Shown piece by piece: positions 24,819 through 33,804 of a stretch of DNA of 34,661 bases (its first letter is position 1; every line of letters starts with the position of its first letter). Location: contig JAHEZG010000003.1 in NCBI GenBank assembly GCA_023251195.1, positions 1-34,661 of the forward strand. Reading direction: 5' to 3'. The position numbers and the translations under genes are program-made. The notes under the pieces are model-generated. The model searched no databases. It was not told the origin of the DNA and worked only from the letters and a program-made list of their open reading frames with translations. This DNA is from Chitinophagaceae bacterium (GTDB lineage Bacteria > Bacteroidota > Bacteroidia > Chitinophagales > UBA10324).

Positions 24819-25439
24819 ATGAAGGTTCACATTCTCGAAAAAGCTACTGAGTTATTTACCCGCCACGGTATCCGAAGTGTAACCATGGATGATGTATCCA
24901 GGCATCTGTCTATTTCTAAAAAAACTTTGTACCAGCACTTTACCGATAAGGATGATTTGGTGGAAACCATTGTAATTGCACAAGTAAAAATCACCGAACA
25001 AAATTGCCTGGAATTCAGAAAGAAGGCTGAAAATGCCGTGGAAGAAATGATTCTCATACTGGAATTCATGAATGTTTATTTCGCCCAGCGCAACCCGACT
25101 GCGTTTCATGATTTACAGAAATATTATCCGAACGCATGGGCTCATTTCACGCGTCACAAAGAAAATTTTTTACGAAAAAGTATTGAGGATAACCTGAAGC
25201 GAGGAGTCAAAGAAAAATTATTTCATGCCGACCTGAATGTGCAGATTGTTTCGCGATTGCGAATGGAACAGGTAGAGTGCGTTTTTAATCCGGAAATTTT
25301 TCCGGGCAATAAATTCAATATGCAATTGGTACACGATCAGTCAATGAAATTGTATATGTACGGAATCACCACACTTAAAGGTCATCAGCTCATCAATAAA
25401 TATTTATCGAAACTCAATAAGAAAAAACAAAAAGTATGA
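24819..25439 (+). CDS. TetR/AcrR family transcriptional regulator
   Basis: N-terminal HTH (ILEKATELFTRHGIRSVTMDDVSRHLSISKKTLYQHFTDKDDLV). Its stop overlaps the next ATG (ATGA at 25436-25439). Confidence 0.88.
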   Translation: MKVHILEKATELFTRHGIRSVTMDDVSRHLSISKKTLYQHFTDKDDLVETIVIAQVKITEQNCLEFRKKAENAVEEMILILEFMNVYFAQRNPTAFHDLQKYYPNAWAHFTRHKENFLRKSIEDNLKRGVKEKLFHADLNVQIVSRLRMEQVECVFNPEIFPGNKFNMQLVHDQSMKLYMYGITTLKGHQLINKYLSKLNKKKQKV

Positions 25440-26779
25440 AGCAATTCAAACCCGTTTTATTTTCTCTCCTCTTTCTCACATCTGCTTTCAACCTGAAAGC
25501 GCAAACTAAAGGCGAAGAGTTTAAATTCAGTTTGCAACAGTGTATTGACTATGCGCTTGGTCATCAATCAGCTTACCTGAATGCGCAGATTGATGAAGAG
25601 TTTTCAAAAAGAAAAGTGCAGGAAATTTTAGGATTGTCGCTTCCGCAAATAAGTGCCAGTGGCGGATTGAATGATTACATTGAAATTCCAACAAGTTTGT
25701 TACCAGGTGAAGTTTTCGGTGCTCCTGCCGGAACTTACATTCCTGTAAAATTCGGAACACAGTACAGCGCAAATGGTGGGTTGGAAGTTGGTCAGTTGGT
25801 TGCGGATGGTCAGTACTTCGTTGCTATCCAGGCCACAAAGGCGCTAAAAGAATTATCAAGCAAAAGTACTGAGCGAACAAAAATTGAAACCATTACCACT
25901 GTTACAAAGGCTTATTACAATGCCCTGATTGCAAACAAACGAATTGAATTACTCAATTCAAATGTTGACCGCATTGCAAAATTGGCCAGTGACAGTAAAG
26001 TGATGTTCGACAATGGTTTTATTGAACAATTGGATTTAGATAGAATTAATATCACATATAACAATTTAAAAACCGAGCAGGATAAAATTTCAAAACTGGT
26101 TAGCCTCAGCAAGTATTTATTAATGTATCAGATGGGAATGGATGTGAATTCAAAACTCACTTTGTCTGACACTTTAAAGCCAATGAATTTTGAATCGGTG
26201 TTGTCAGCAAGTTTTAATCCGCAGGATAGAATAGAAATGCAATTGCTGAACAATGCAGCCACACTTTATCAATTGGATATTCGCCGAAATAAAGTTGCAT
26301 ACTTCCCGAGTGTATATGCTTTTGGTTCTTACAGTTACCAGGCACAATCAAACAAGTTCGATTTGTTCAGTTCGAATCAAAAGTGGTATCCGACCGGAAT
26401 CATCGGATTAAAATTATCCGTTCCGATTTTTGATGGGCTGCAGAAAGCGCGAAAAATTCAGCAAGGAAAATTAAATCTTGATAAGAATGCAAATGACCAA
26501 TTGAATTTAAGTAATGGTTTGACCTTGCAGTACATGAATGCGAAAACACAATTACAAAATGCAACACAATCATTGCAATCGCAGGAAGACAATATGCAAT
26601 TGGCAGAAAAAGTTTACAATGCCACCAAATCAAAATACGAACAGGGAGTAGGTTCAAATACTGACTTGCTCAACGCACAATCAGCATTAAAAGAATCGCA
26701 GACCAATTATCTGAGTGCATTATACGATGCCATGATTGCCCAAACCGATTATTTAAATGCAACCGGACAAATAAAATAA
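25436..26779 (+). CDS. TolC-family outer membrane efflux protein
   Basis: Signal peptide ending LKAQ. Two repeated OEP-type coiled-coil/barrel halves (e.g. YYNALIANKRIELL, YEQGVGSNTDLLNAQSALKESQTNYLSALYD). Confidence 0.85.
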   Translation: MKQFKPVLFSLLFLTSAFNLKAQTKGEEFKFSLQQCIDYALGHQSAYLNAQIDEEFSKRKVQEILGLSLPQISASGGLNDYIEIPTSLLPGEVFGAPAGTYIPVKFGTQYSANGGLEVGQLVADGQYFVAIQATKALKELSSKSTERTKIETITTVTKAYYNALIANKRIELLNSNVDRIAKLASDSKVMFDNGFIEQLDLDRINITYNNLKTEQDKISKLVSLSKYLLMYQMGMDVNSKLTLSDTLKPMNFESVLSASFNPQDRIEMQLLNNAATLYQLDIRRNKVAYFPSVYAFGSYSYQAQSNKFDLFSSNQKWYPTGIIGLKLSVPIFDGLQKARKIQQGKLNLDKNANDQLNLSNGLTLQYMNAKTQLQNATQSLQSQEDNMQLAEKVYNATKSKYEQGVGSNTDLLNAQSALKESQTNYLSALYDAMIAQTDYLNATGQIK

Positions 26780-26823
26780 ATCATTCAATAAAAAAATTCA
26801 ACCCCGATAAACTATCATTTTTT

Positions 26824-27939
26824 ATGAAAAACATTTTAATACTCGCCACCTTTTCAATTTTATTTTTTGCCTGCGGAAATTCAGCGCCGGACAAGAAAAC
26901 CGAATTGGAAAATTTAAAAAAGGAACAAGCCACATTGGCTGAAAAAATTAAAAAACTGGAAACAGAGATTGCCGCTAATGACACCACCGCCAAAATAAAA
27001 ATGCTGGATGTGGAAATAACTCCGGTAGCTGCCATTCCATTTAAAAGTTATGTGCAGGTGCAGGGAAAACTTGATGCTGATGAAAATGTAAATGTGAGCG
27101 CACAAATGGGCGGCACTGTAAAATCCATTTATGTAAAAGAAGGCGACCAGGTAAAAGCCGGACAAATTTTGGTTGAATTGGATGATGCGGTGATGCGGCA
27201 GGGAATTGAAGAGTTAAAAAATCAATTAGCGTTTGCCACTGATTTATTTGAAAAACAAAAAAACCTTTGGGATCAGAAAATTGGAAGCGAGGTGCAGTTT
27301 CTTTCTGCAAAAAACAACAAAGAATCGCTCGAAAAGAAAATGCAAACCATGAATGAGCAATTGGCCATGTATAAAATTAAATCGCCCATCAATGGTCAGG
27401 TGGATGAAGTGAGTTTGAAACTCGGACAAATTGCGGCTCCCGGTTTCCCGGCAGTGCGGGTGGTAAACATGAATTCGCTGAAGGTGAAAGCAGATTTGGC
27501 TGAAAGTTATGCTGGAAAAATACGAGAGGGAAATGAAGTCATACTTGAATTTCCCGATATGAATAAAACCATCGACGCTAAAGTTTCTTATGTGAGCAGG
27601 GTAATTAACAACATGAACCGCACATTTAATGTGCAAGTGAATATTTCATCATCTCCTGATTATCATCCGAACATGATTGCGCATTTAAACATTGTGGATT
27701 ATCAAACTGCAAGTTCAATTGTGATTCCGTTGAATGTGGTACAGAATTCTGAAAACGGAAACTATGTTTTTCTATCAGTAAAAAATGACAAGGGAAAAAC
27801 TGTAGCGCTTAAACAAATGGTAAAAACCGGAAGAGAATACAAAGGACAGATTGAAATACTGGAAGGATTAAAGGAAGGCGACTCGCTCATCACAACAGGC
27901 TATCAGGATGTGGAAGATGGTGAATTTCTTAAACTGTAA
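26824..27939 (+). CDS. Efflux RND periplasmic adaptor (membrane fusion protein), lipoprotein
   Basis: Lipobox FFACG, a coiled-coil hairpin, a lipoyl-like segment (GGTVKSIYVKEGDQVKAGQILVELDD) and a beta-barrel/MP domain. Confidence 0.88.
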   Translation: MKNILILATFSILFFACGNSAPDKKTELENLKKEQATLAEKIKKLETEIAANDTTAKIKMLDVEITPVAAIPFKSYVQVQGKLDADENVNVSAQMGGTVKSIYVKEGDQVKAGQILVELDDAVMRQGIEELKNQLAFATDLFEKQKNLWDQKIGSEVQFLSAKNNKESLEKKMQTMNEQLAMYKIKSPINGQVDEVSLKLGQIAAPGFPAVRVVNMNSLKVKADLAESYAGKIREGNEVILEFPDMNKTIDAKVSYVSRVINNMNRTFNVQVNISSSPDYHPNMIAHLNIVDYQTASSIVIPLNVVQNSENGNYVFLSVKNDKGKTVALKQMVKTGREYKGQIEILEGLKEGDSLITTGYQDVEDGEFLKL

Positions 27940-27992
27940 GGAAAAGGTTATTAGTTATACTAAAATTCAGAAATAAATTATTTACTCATAAA

Positions 27993-28055
27993 TGCTAAAA
28001 GCTAATTGCTAAACGCTAACCGCTAAAAGTTAATTGCTAAAAGCTAACAGCTAAA
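27993..28055 (+). repeat. Nine tandem degenerate heptamers NGCTAAN (equivalent to about 4.5 copies of a 14-mer), ending 3 nt before the RND permease ATG
   Basis: Units: tgctaaa agctaat tgctaaa cgctaac cgctaaa agttaat tgctaaa agctaac agctaaa. Eight of nine keep the core GCTAA. Confidence 0.88.
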
Positions 28056-28058
28056 AAT

Positions 28059-31000
28059 ATGAAAGACACTAACAAAGAATTTTTTGCCAGTTCGTGGGCC
28101 ATTGATAACCGCACAAGTATTTATGTGCTCACAGTTATTATCACGCTCGCCGGAATATTTTCTTACATCAATATTCCGAAAGAACAATTTCCGGATATTG
28201 TTATTCCAACCATTTATGTAAGCACCATTTACCCCGGGGCATCACCTGCCGATATGGAAAATCTGGTGACGAAGCAGATGGAGAAGCGCATTAAAAGTAT
28301 CAATGGAGTAAAAAAAATGACGAGCAACTCCATTCAGGATTTCAGCAACATTGTGATTGAGTTTAATGCCAATGTGGATGTAGCCATTGCCAAGCAAAAA
28401 GTTAAAGATGAAGTAGATAAATCGAAATCTGATTTGCCTTCCGATTTAAAAAATGCACCATCTGTTCAGGAAGTTGATTTTTCCGAGATGCCGATTATGT
28501 ATCTGAATATTTCAGGCAATTACGATTTAAATAAATTGAAAAAATATGCCGACGAAATAAAAGACCGTGTGGAGGGAATGAAAGAAATAACACGGGTGGA
28601 TATTGTGGGCGCATTGAATCGCGAGATACAGGTGAATGTGGATTTATTTAAAATGCAGGCGGCAGAATTAACCCTCGACGATATAGATCGAGCCATTGCA
28701 TTTGAAAACATGACCATTTCCGGCGGAAATATTTCAATGGATGGAATGAAACGATCACTCAGCGTTTCGGGCGAATTTAAAAATGTGCAGCAGATTCAGG
28801 ATATTGTTTTGCGAAGCATGTCGGGTGCTACTTTGTATCTGAAAGACATTGCCGAAGTGAAAGATGCCTTTGCCGAAAAAGAAAGTTACGCCCGCTTGGA
28901 ACATAAAAATGTTATCACACTCAATGTGATAAAACGAAGCGGCGAAAACCTGATTGATGCATCAGATAAAGTGCGCGTGATAGTTGATGATTTGCAGAAA
29001 AATTCATTTCCATCCGGTTTAAAAATTACGCTCACCGGCGATCAAAGCGAATCAACCCGCACCACCCTACACGATTTAATAAACACCATCATCATTGGTT
29101 TTCTGTTGGTGTTAATTGTGCTCATGTTTTTCATGGGAGTTACCAATGCATTTTTTGTGGCGCTCTCAGTACCGCTTTCTGTTTTCCTTGCATTTTTGAT
29201 TTTGCCCGGAATTGGTTTCTCATTAAACATGATTGTGTTATTCAGTTTTTTACTTGCATTAGGAATTGTTGTGGATGATGCCATTGTGGTTATTGAAAAT
29301 ACCCACCGGATTTTTGCCAATGGAAAAGTGCCCATAAAGCAAGCAGCAAAAATTGCAACCGGCGAAGTGTTTGTTCCCGTACTCACCGGAACATTAACCA
29401 CACTTTCTCCGTTTTTACCACTCGCTTTCTGGCCCGGTATCATTGGTAAGTTCATGTTCTTTTTACCAATCACCCTCATCATTACTTTGCTGGCATCGCT
29501 AGTTATTGCCTACATTATCAATCCTGTTTTTGCGGTTGATTTTATGAAGCCACACGAAGATGATAATGACCCGAAGGTGATTCAGAAAAAAAATAAAAGT
29601 CTTCGCATTACAACAATCATTCTGTTAGCATTCTCGCTGTTATTTTATATCAGTGGAAATATTGGTGTCGGAAATTTCGGTGTGTTTTTGTGGTTATTGG
29701 TTTTACTCAATCGGTTTGTACTTCATAAAGTGACCGGAAATTTTATGAGCAAAACATGGCCACGGGTACAGAATTTTTATAAGCGTGTGATAACATGGTG
29801 CTTAATTGGAATCAGGCCGGCATTGCTTTTAGCAGGCACTGTTATTTTATTATTTCTTTCAGTAGTGGCATTGATAATGCGCAATGTACCGGTGGAAACT
29901 TTCCCTGCCGGCGAACCGCATTTTGCTTATGTATATATTAACATGCCGGTGGGTACACATCAGGCAGTAACAGATTCAATGACCCGTTTGGTGGAGAAAA
30001 AAGTATATTCAGTAATAGGGGAACACAACCCGATAGTTGAATCGGTTATATCAAATGTGGCTGTTGGCGCTACTGACCCAAGCAGCGGCGATAAAAGTGT
30101 GGCATCCAATAAAGGAAAAGTGACTGTTGCTTTTGTTGAAATATCAAAACGCGATGGCGCATCAACCGGAAAAGTATTGGATAGCATTCGTGCGGTTGTA
30201 AAAGGAATTCCGGGTGTGCAGATTACAGTTGACAAAGAAGCGAATGGTCCTCCGGTGGGCAAGCCCATAAACATTGAAATTGGTTGCGATGATTTCGATC
30301 AATTAGTGGATGTGTCGCAGGGAATGATTCATTACCTCGACTCATTGCAGATTCCGGGAGTGGAAGAATTAAAATCAGATTTAGTAATCAGCAAACCCGA
30401 AGTGGTAATTGACATTGATCGTGAGCGCGCAAACCGCGAAGGAATCAGCACAGCACAAATAGGCATGGCATTGCGGAATTCTTTATATGGAAAAGAAGTT
30501 TCAAAATTCAAAGAGGCAAATGATGAATATCCGATCATGATGCGATTGAATGATGAGCAGCGAAATAACATCAGCGAGTTGTTGAATTTAAGAATTACTT
30601 ACCGCGATATGAATATGGGTGGTGCCATTCGCAGTGTGCCATTGAGTTCGGTTGCAAGCATTCGTTACACCAATACTTATGGAGGCATTACGCGCCGCAA
30701 TCAAAAACGCGTAGTCACAGTTTATTCAAACATACTGAGTGGGTTTAATGCGCAGGAAGTAGTTGGTAATGTAACTGCAGCTGCAGCAAATTATAAATTG
30801 CCAAAAGATGTAACGATTAATTTAACAGGTGAGTTGGAAGAGCAAAAAGAAACCGGAACTTTTCTTGGAACTGCATTAATGCTTTCCATTTTATTGATGG
30901 TTTTAATTTTAGTGATTCAGTTTAATTCATTTGGAAAAACACTTATCATTCTCAGCGAAATATTGTTCAGCATCATCGGGGTTTTACTTGGCATCGCCAT

Positions 31001-31463
31001 TACCGGAATGGCATTCTCAGTAGTAATGACCGGGGTTGGAATTGTGGCTCTTGCAGGCATTGTGGTCCGAAACGGAATTCTGATTATCGAATTCACCGAC
31101 TTGCTGCGATCGCAGGGAATGAACACACGCGAAGCAATTATTGAAGCCGGTCGTACCAGAATGACACCTGTAATTTTAACAGCCACCGCCACCATGCTTG
31201 GTTTATTCCCGCTGGCCGTTGGAATGAATATAGATTTTGTGACATTATTTACTCACCTCAATCCACACATTTGGTTCGGTGGCGATAGTGTTGCTTTCTG
31301 GGGCCCGCTTTCCTGGACCATTATTTTCGGTTTGAGTTTCGCAACTTTTGTTTCTCTTATTCTGGTTCCTGCTATGTACATGATAGGAGTAAATGTGAAA
31401 GCCAGAATGCGTGGCGAACCGAAAGAAAAAAAAGCAAATACAGGTTACATTGATATTGAGTAA
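28059..31463 (+). CDS. Efflux RND transporter permease (AcrB/AcrD/AcrF family)
   Basis: 1134 aa with two homologous halves, each with a large periplasmic loop. Conserved TM4-type motif (LLALGIVVDDAIVVIEN) and second-half counterpart (ALAGIVVRNGILIIEF). Confidence 0.93.
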   Translation: MKDTNKEFFASSWAIDNRTSIYVLTVIITLAGIFSYINIPKEQFPDIVIPTIYVSTIYPGASPADMENLVTKQMEKRIKSINGVKKMTSNSIQDFSNIVIEFNANVDVAIAKQKVKDEVDKSKSDLPSDLKNAPSVQEVDFSEMPIMYLNISGNYDLNKLKKYADEIKDRVEGMKEITRVDIVGALNREIQVNVDLFKMQAAELTLDDIDRAIAFENMTISGGNISMDGMKRSLSVSGEFKNVQQIQDIVLRSMSGATLYLKDIAEVKDAFAEKESYARLEHKNVITLNVIKRSGENLIDASDKVRVIVDDLQKNSFPSGLKITLTGDQSESTRTTLHDLINTIIIGFLLVLIVLMFFMGVTNAFFVALSVPLSVFLAFLILPGIGFSLNMIVLFSFLLALGIVVDDAIVVIENTHRIFANGKVPIKQAAKIATGEVFVPVLTGTLTTLSPFLPLAFWPGIIGKFMFFLPITLIITLLASLVIAYIINPVFAVDFMKPHEDDNDPKVIQKKNKSLRITTIILLAFSLLFYISGNIGVGNFGVFLWLLVLLNRFVLHKVTGNFMSKTWPRVQNFYKRVITWCLIGIRPALLLAGTVILLFLSVVALIMRNVPVETFPAGEPHFAYVYINMPVGTHQAVTDSMTRLVEKKVYSVIGEHNPIVESVISNVAVGATDPSSGDKSVASNKGKVTVAFVEISKRDGASTGKVLDSIRAVVKGIPGVQITVDKEANGPPVGKPINIEIGCDDFDQLVDVSQGMIHYLDSLQIPGVEELKSDLVISKPEVVIDIDRERANREGISTAQIGMALRNSLYGKEVSKFKEANDEYPIMMRLNDEQRNNISELLNLRITYRDMNMGGAIRSVPLSSVASIRYTNTYGGITRRNQKRVVTVYSNILSGFNAQEVVGNVTAAAANYKLPKDVTINLTGELEEQKETGTFLGTALMLSILLMVLILVIQFNSFGKTLIILSEILFSIIGVLLGIAITGMAFSVVMTGVGIVALAGIVVRNGILIIEFTDLLRSQGMNTREAIIEAGRTRMTPVILTATATMLGLFPLAVGMNIDFVTLFTHLNPHIWFGGDSVAFWGPLSWTIIFGLSFATFVSLILVPAMYMIGVNVKARMRGEPKEKKANTGYIDIE

Positions 31464-31480
31464 ATAGATTTTTTTGATTG

Positions 31481-31520
31481 AAACGGGTGATTGAAGAAAT
31501 TTAATCGCCCGTTTATATTT
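31481..31520 (+). terminator. Rho-independent terminator after the efflux operon
   Basis: aaacgggtgatt (31481-31492) pairs with aatcgcccgttt (31503-31514), 12 bp including one G.U pair. It is followed by atatttt. Confidence 0.7.
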
Positions 31521-31549
31521 TAAGTACTTTGAGCAATTAAAATAATGGT

Positions 31550-31876
31550 ATGACAATTTCAGAAGCCCAACAATCAGTTGACGATTGGATTAAAACCACC
31601 GGAGTCCGTTACTTCAACGAACTCACCAATATGGCAATGCTCACTGAAGAAGTAGGAGAGGTGGCAAGAATTATTGCAAGAAAATATGGTGAGCAATCTT
31701 TCAAAGAATCAGATAAGGACAAAGAAATCAGTGATGAATTAGCAGATGTAATGTTCGTATTAATCTGCATCGCCAATCAAACCGGAGTTAATCTGGAAGA
31801 AGCATTGAAAAAAAATTTCGAAAAGAAAAATAAACGCGATGCTGAACGACATCAGCAAAATGAGAAGTTGAAATAG
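31550..31876 (+). CDS. Small MazG-like nucleotide pyrophosphohydrolase
   Basis: All-alpha NTP-PPase motifs (LTEEVGEVARII and ELADVMFVLICIANQTGVNLEEAL). 108 aa. Confidence 0.8.
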   Translation: MTISEAQQSVDDWIKTTGVRYFNELTNMAMLTEEVGEVARIIARKYGEQSFKESDKDKEISDELADVMFVLICIANQTGVNLEEALKKNFEKKNKRDAERHQQNEKLK

Positions 31877-31993
31877 AAATAAATAGAAACTCTTTGCAGC
31901 TTTGCTCGTTTGCGATTTTTTTCTTTGCGTGAATTATCTTTTAAATAGTTAAGTATTTTTCTTTCTTAATTTTTAATTCTCCATTTTTCGGAA

Positions 31994-33796
31994 ATGAATT
32001 TCCTCCTTCTCATTTCCACTCTCCTTACTTGTTATTCGACGAATAATTTTAATGAAAGCAAATCAGCCGTGACTATTCCCCTCTCCTTGGGAGAGGGGAT
32101 AGGGGTGAGGCTTGACTCATTAAAAACTCCTTTCGAAAAAAGCAGCGGCAAGCAATCTGCAACTTATGAGGAGTGCATTGCTTACTACAAACAACTCAGT
32201 ACATTTTCAAGTGAAGTGAAAGTGTTACAGTACGGAACCACGAGCATTGGCAAGCCGCTGAATCTGGTTGTTGTTTCCAAGGAAGGAATTTCAAAATCAT
32301 CGGAAGTAAACAGAGAAAATAAAGCCGTGCTGTTCATCAACAATGCAATTCATCCCGGCGAACCGGATGGTGTGGATGCATGCATGATGCTCGCTCGTGA
32401 TTTGGTGATGAAGAAAGAAATGCAACCGCTGCTCGAACATGTGGTGTTGCTCATCATTCCGGTTTACAATATCAGCGGCGCATTGAACAGAAGTTGTTGC
32501 TCGCGCGCCAATCAGGATGGACCGGAAGAATCAGGTTTTCGTGGCACCATTCAAAACCTTGACCTCAATCGCGATTTCATTAAGAACGATGCAGCAGAAA
32601 CTTTTTCGTTCGAAAATATTTTCACCGAATGGAAACCCGATTGGTTTGTGGATACACATGTAAGCGACGGTGCCGATTATCAATACACCATGACCTACAT
32701 CGCAACACAGCACAACAAACTGCAACCATTGCTTGCTGACTACGAACAGAAAATTCTAGTGCCTTATATGAACGCAGAAATGATTAAGAGAAATTTTGAA
32801 ATGACTCCCTATGTAAATGAACTAAAAGAAACTCCGGACTCCGGAATTGTAGCTTTTTTAGAATCACCGAAATTTTCTACTGGTTATGCTTCGTTGTTTA
32901 ACTGCATTGGTTTTGTGACTGAAACACACATGCTCAAACCATTTTCGCAGCGTGTGCATTCAACTTATGCTTTTCTGAATTGCTGGATGCAGAAAGCGAA
33001 TGACGATTACAAAACCATTCATCAATTACATCAGAAAGCAGATGATGCAGTTGCACAACAACAAATGTTTAGTATGAATTTTAAACCTGATTACACTGCT
33101 GTAACAACCATTCCATTCAAAGGTTACGAAGCCGAACACAAACCAAGTGATGTAACAGGTGCACCACGATTATTTTATAACCGCGATAAACCATTTACCA
33201 AACAAATTCCTTTTTTCAATTCATTTATTCCTTCCCTGGAAATTCAAAAACCGAATTCTTACATCATTCCGCAATACAGTAAAAAACTGATTTCCATTTT
33301 TCAAAACAACGGAGTGCTGATGCAGGAACTTTCGAAAGACACCGTGATGAAAGTGGAGGTTTACTACATCACCGATTATAAATCACCCGACCATCCGTAC
33401 GAATCGCACTACCTGCACAATTCTGTAACAGTGAAGAAGGACACACAAATGATTCGCTTGTATGCTGGTGATGTAATGGTGAAAGTGAATCAGCCCGCTA
33501 ATAAATTCATTGTTGAAACACTGGAGCCGCAAAGCAGCGATGGTTTTTTTGCGTGGAATTATTTTGATGGAGTGCTGGCGCAAAAGGAATACTTCAGCGA
33601 TTATGTGTGGGAGGATAAAGCATTTCAACTGTTAAAGTCCGATGCGCAATTGAAAAATTTATTCGAGCAGGAAAAGAAAAACAACCCTGACTTTGTAAAA
33701 ACTCCGGCTATGCAATTAGATTTTATTTACAAGCACTCGCAATATTTCGAGAATTCTTATAACCGGTATCCGGTGGTGAGAGTTGTGAATTTTTAA
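31994..33796 (+). CDS. M14 family zinc carboxypeptidase-like protein (secreted)
   Basis: Hydrophobic N-terminus (MNFLLLISTLLTCYS), the zinc-binding HxxE motif in NNAIHPGEPDG, and an M14-like core (DLNRDF, VDTHVSDG). Confidence 0.8.
   Translation: MNFLLLISTLLTCYSTNNFNESKSAVTIPLSLGEGIGVRLDSLKTPFEKSSGKQSATYEECIAYYKQLSTFSSEVKVLQYGTTSIGKPLNLVVVSKEGISKSSEVNRENKAVLFINNAIHPGEPDGVDACMMLARDLVMKKEMQPLLEHVVLLIIPVYNISGALNRSCCSRANQDGPEESGFRGTIQNLDLNRDFIKNDAAETFSFENIFTEWKPDWFVDTHVSDGADYQYTMTYIATQHNKLQPLLADYEQKILVPYMNAEMIKRNFEMTPYVNELKETPDSGIVAFLESPKFSTGYASLFNCIGFVTETHMLKPFSQRVHSTYAFLNCWMQKANDDYKTIHQLHQKADDAVAQQQMFSMNFKPDYTAVTTIPFKGYEAEHKPSDVTGAPRLFYNRDKPFTKQIPFFNSFIPSLEIQKPNSYIIPQYSKKLISIFQNNGVLMQELSKDTVMKVEVYYITDYKSPDHPYESHYLHNSVTVKKDTQMIRLYAGDVMVKVNQPANKFIVETLEPQSSDGFFAWNYFDGVLAQKEYFSDYVWEDKAFQLLKSDAQLKNLFEQEKKNNPDFVKTPAMQLDFIYKHSQYFENSYNRYPVVRVVNF
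32078..32098. repeat. GC-rich palindrome CCCCTCTCC-ttg-GGAGAGGGG lying in frame inside the M14 CDS
   Basis: Arms of 9 bp at 32078-32086 and 32090-32098, followed by ataggggtgaggc. Translated as IPLSLGEGIGVRL between the signal peptide and the mature domain. Confidence 0.85.
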
Positions 33797-33804
33797 AAGA
33801 GAAA

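Noticed and set aside
27244-27636. A 130-aa antisense ORF inside the MFP gene.
   Set aside because: Same reasoning: it is embedded in a confident adaptor gene and has no recognisable features.
27993-28055. I considered whether the GCTAA repeat array could be a CRISPR array.
   Set aside because: The period is only 7/14 nt, with no unique spacers and no cas genes in the window. It is a microsatellite-like tandem repeat, not CRISPR.
29042-29482. A 146-aa antisense ORF inside the RND permease. Others lie at 29960-30274 and 30917-31195.
   Set aside because: These are shadow ORFs opposite a strongly supported gene. The antisense of TM-rich coding sequence commonly stays open.
31871-31930. A tandem decamer aaatagaaa(t/c) x2 across the mazG stop, and loosely spaced CTTTGC(N) copies at 31892-31930.
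   Set aside because: There are only two decamer copies, and the CTTTGC spacing is irregular (8, 9 and 14 nt). That is too weak to call a repeat array, though it may belong to the same dispersed GC-motif class as 23441-23464.
33797-33804. I looked for a terminator between the convergent M14 and desaturase genes.
   Set aside because: Only 8 nt separate the stops and no hairpin is present. Termination signals, if any, must lie inside the opposing coding regions, so there is nothing to annotate.
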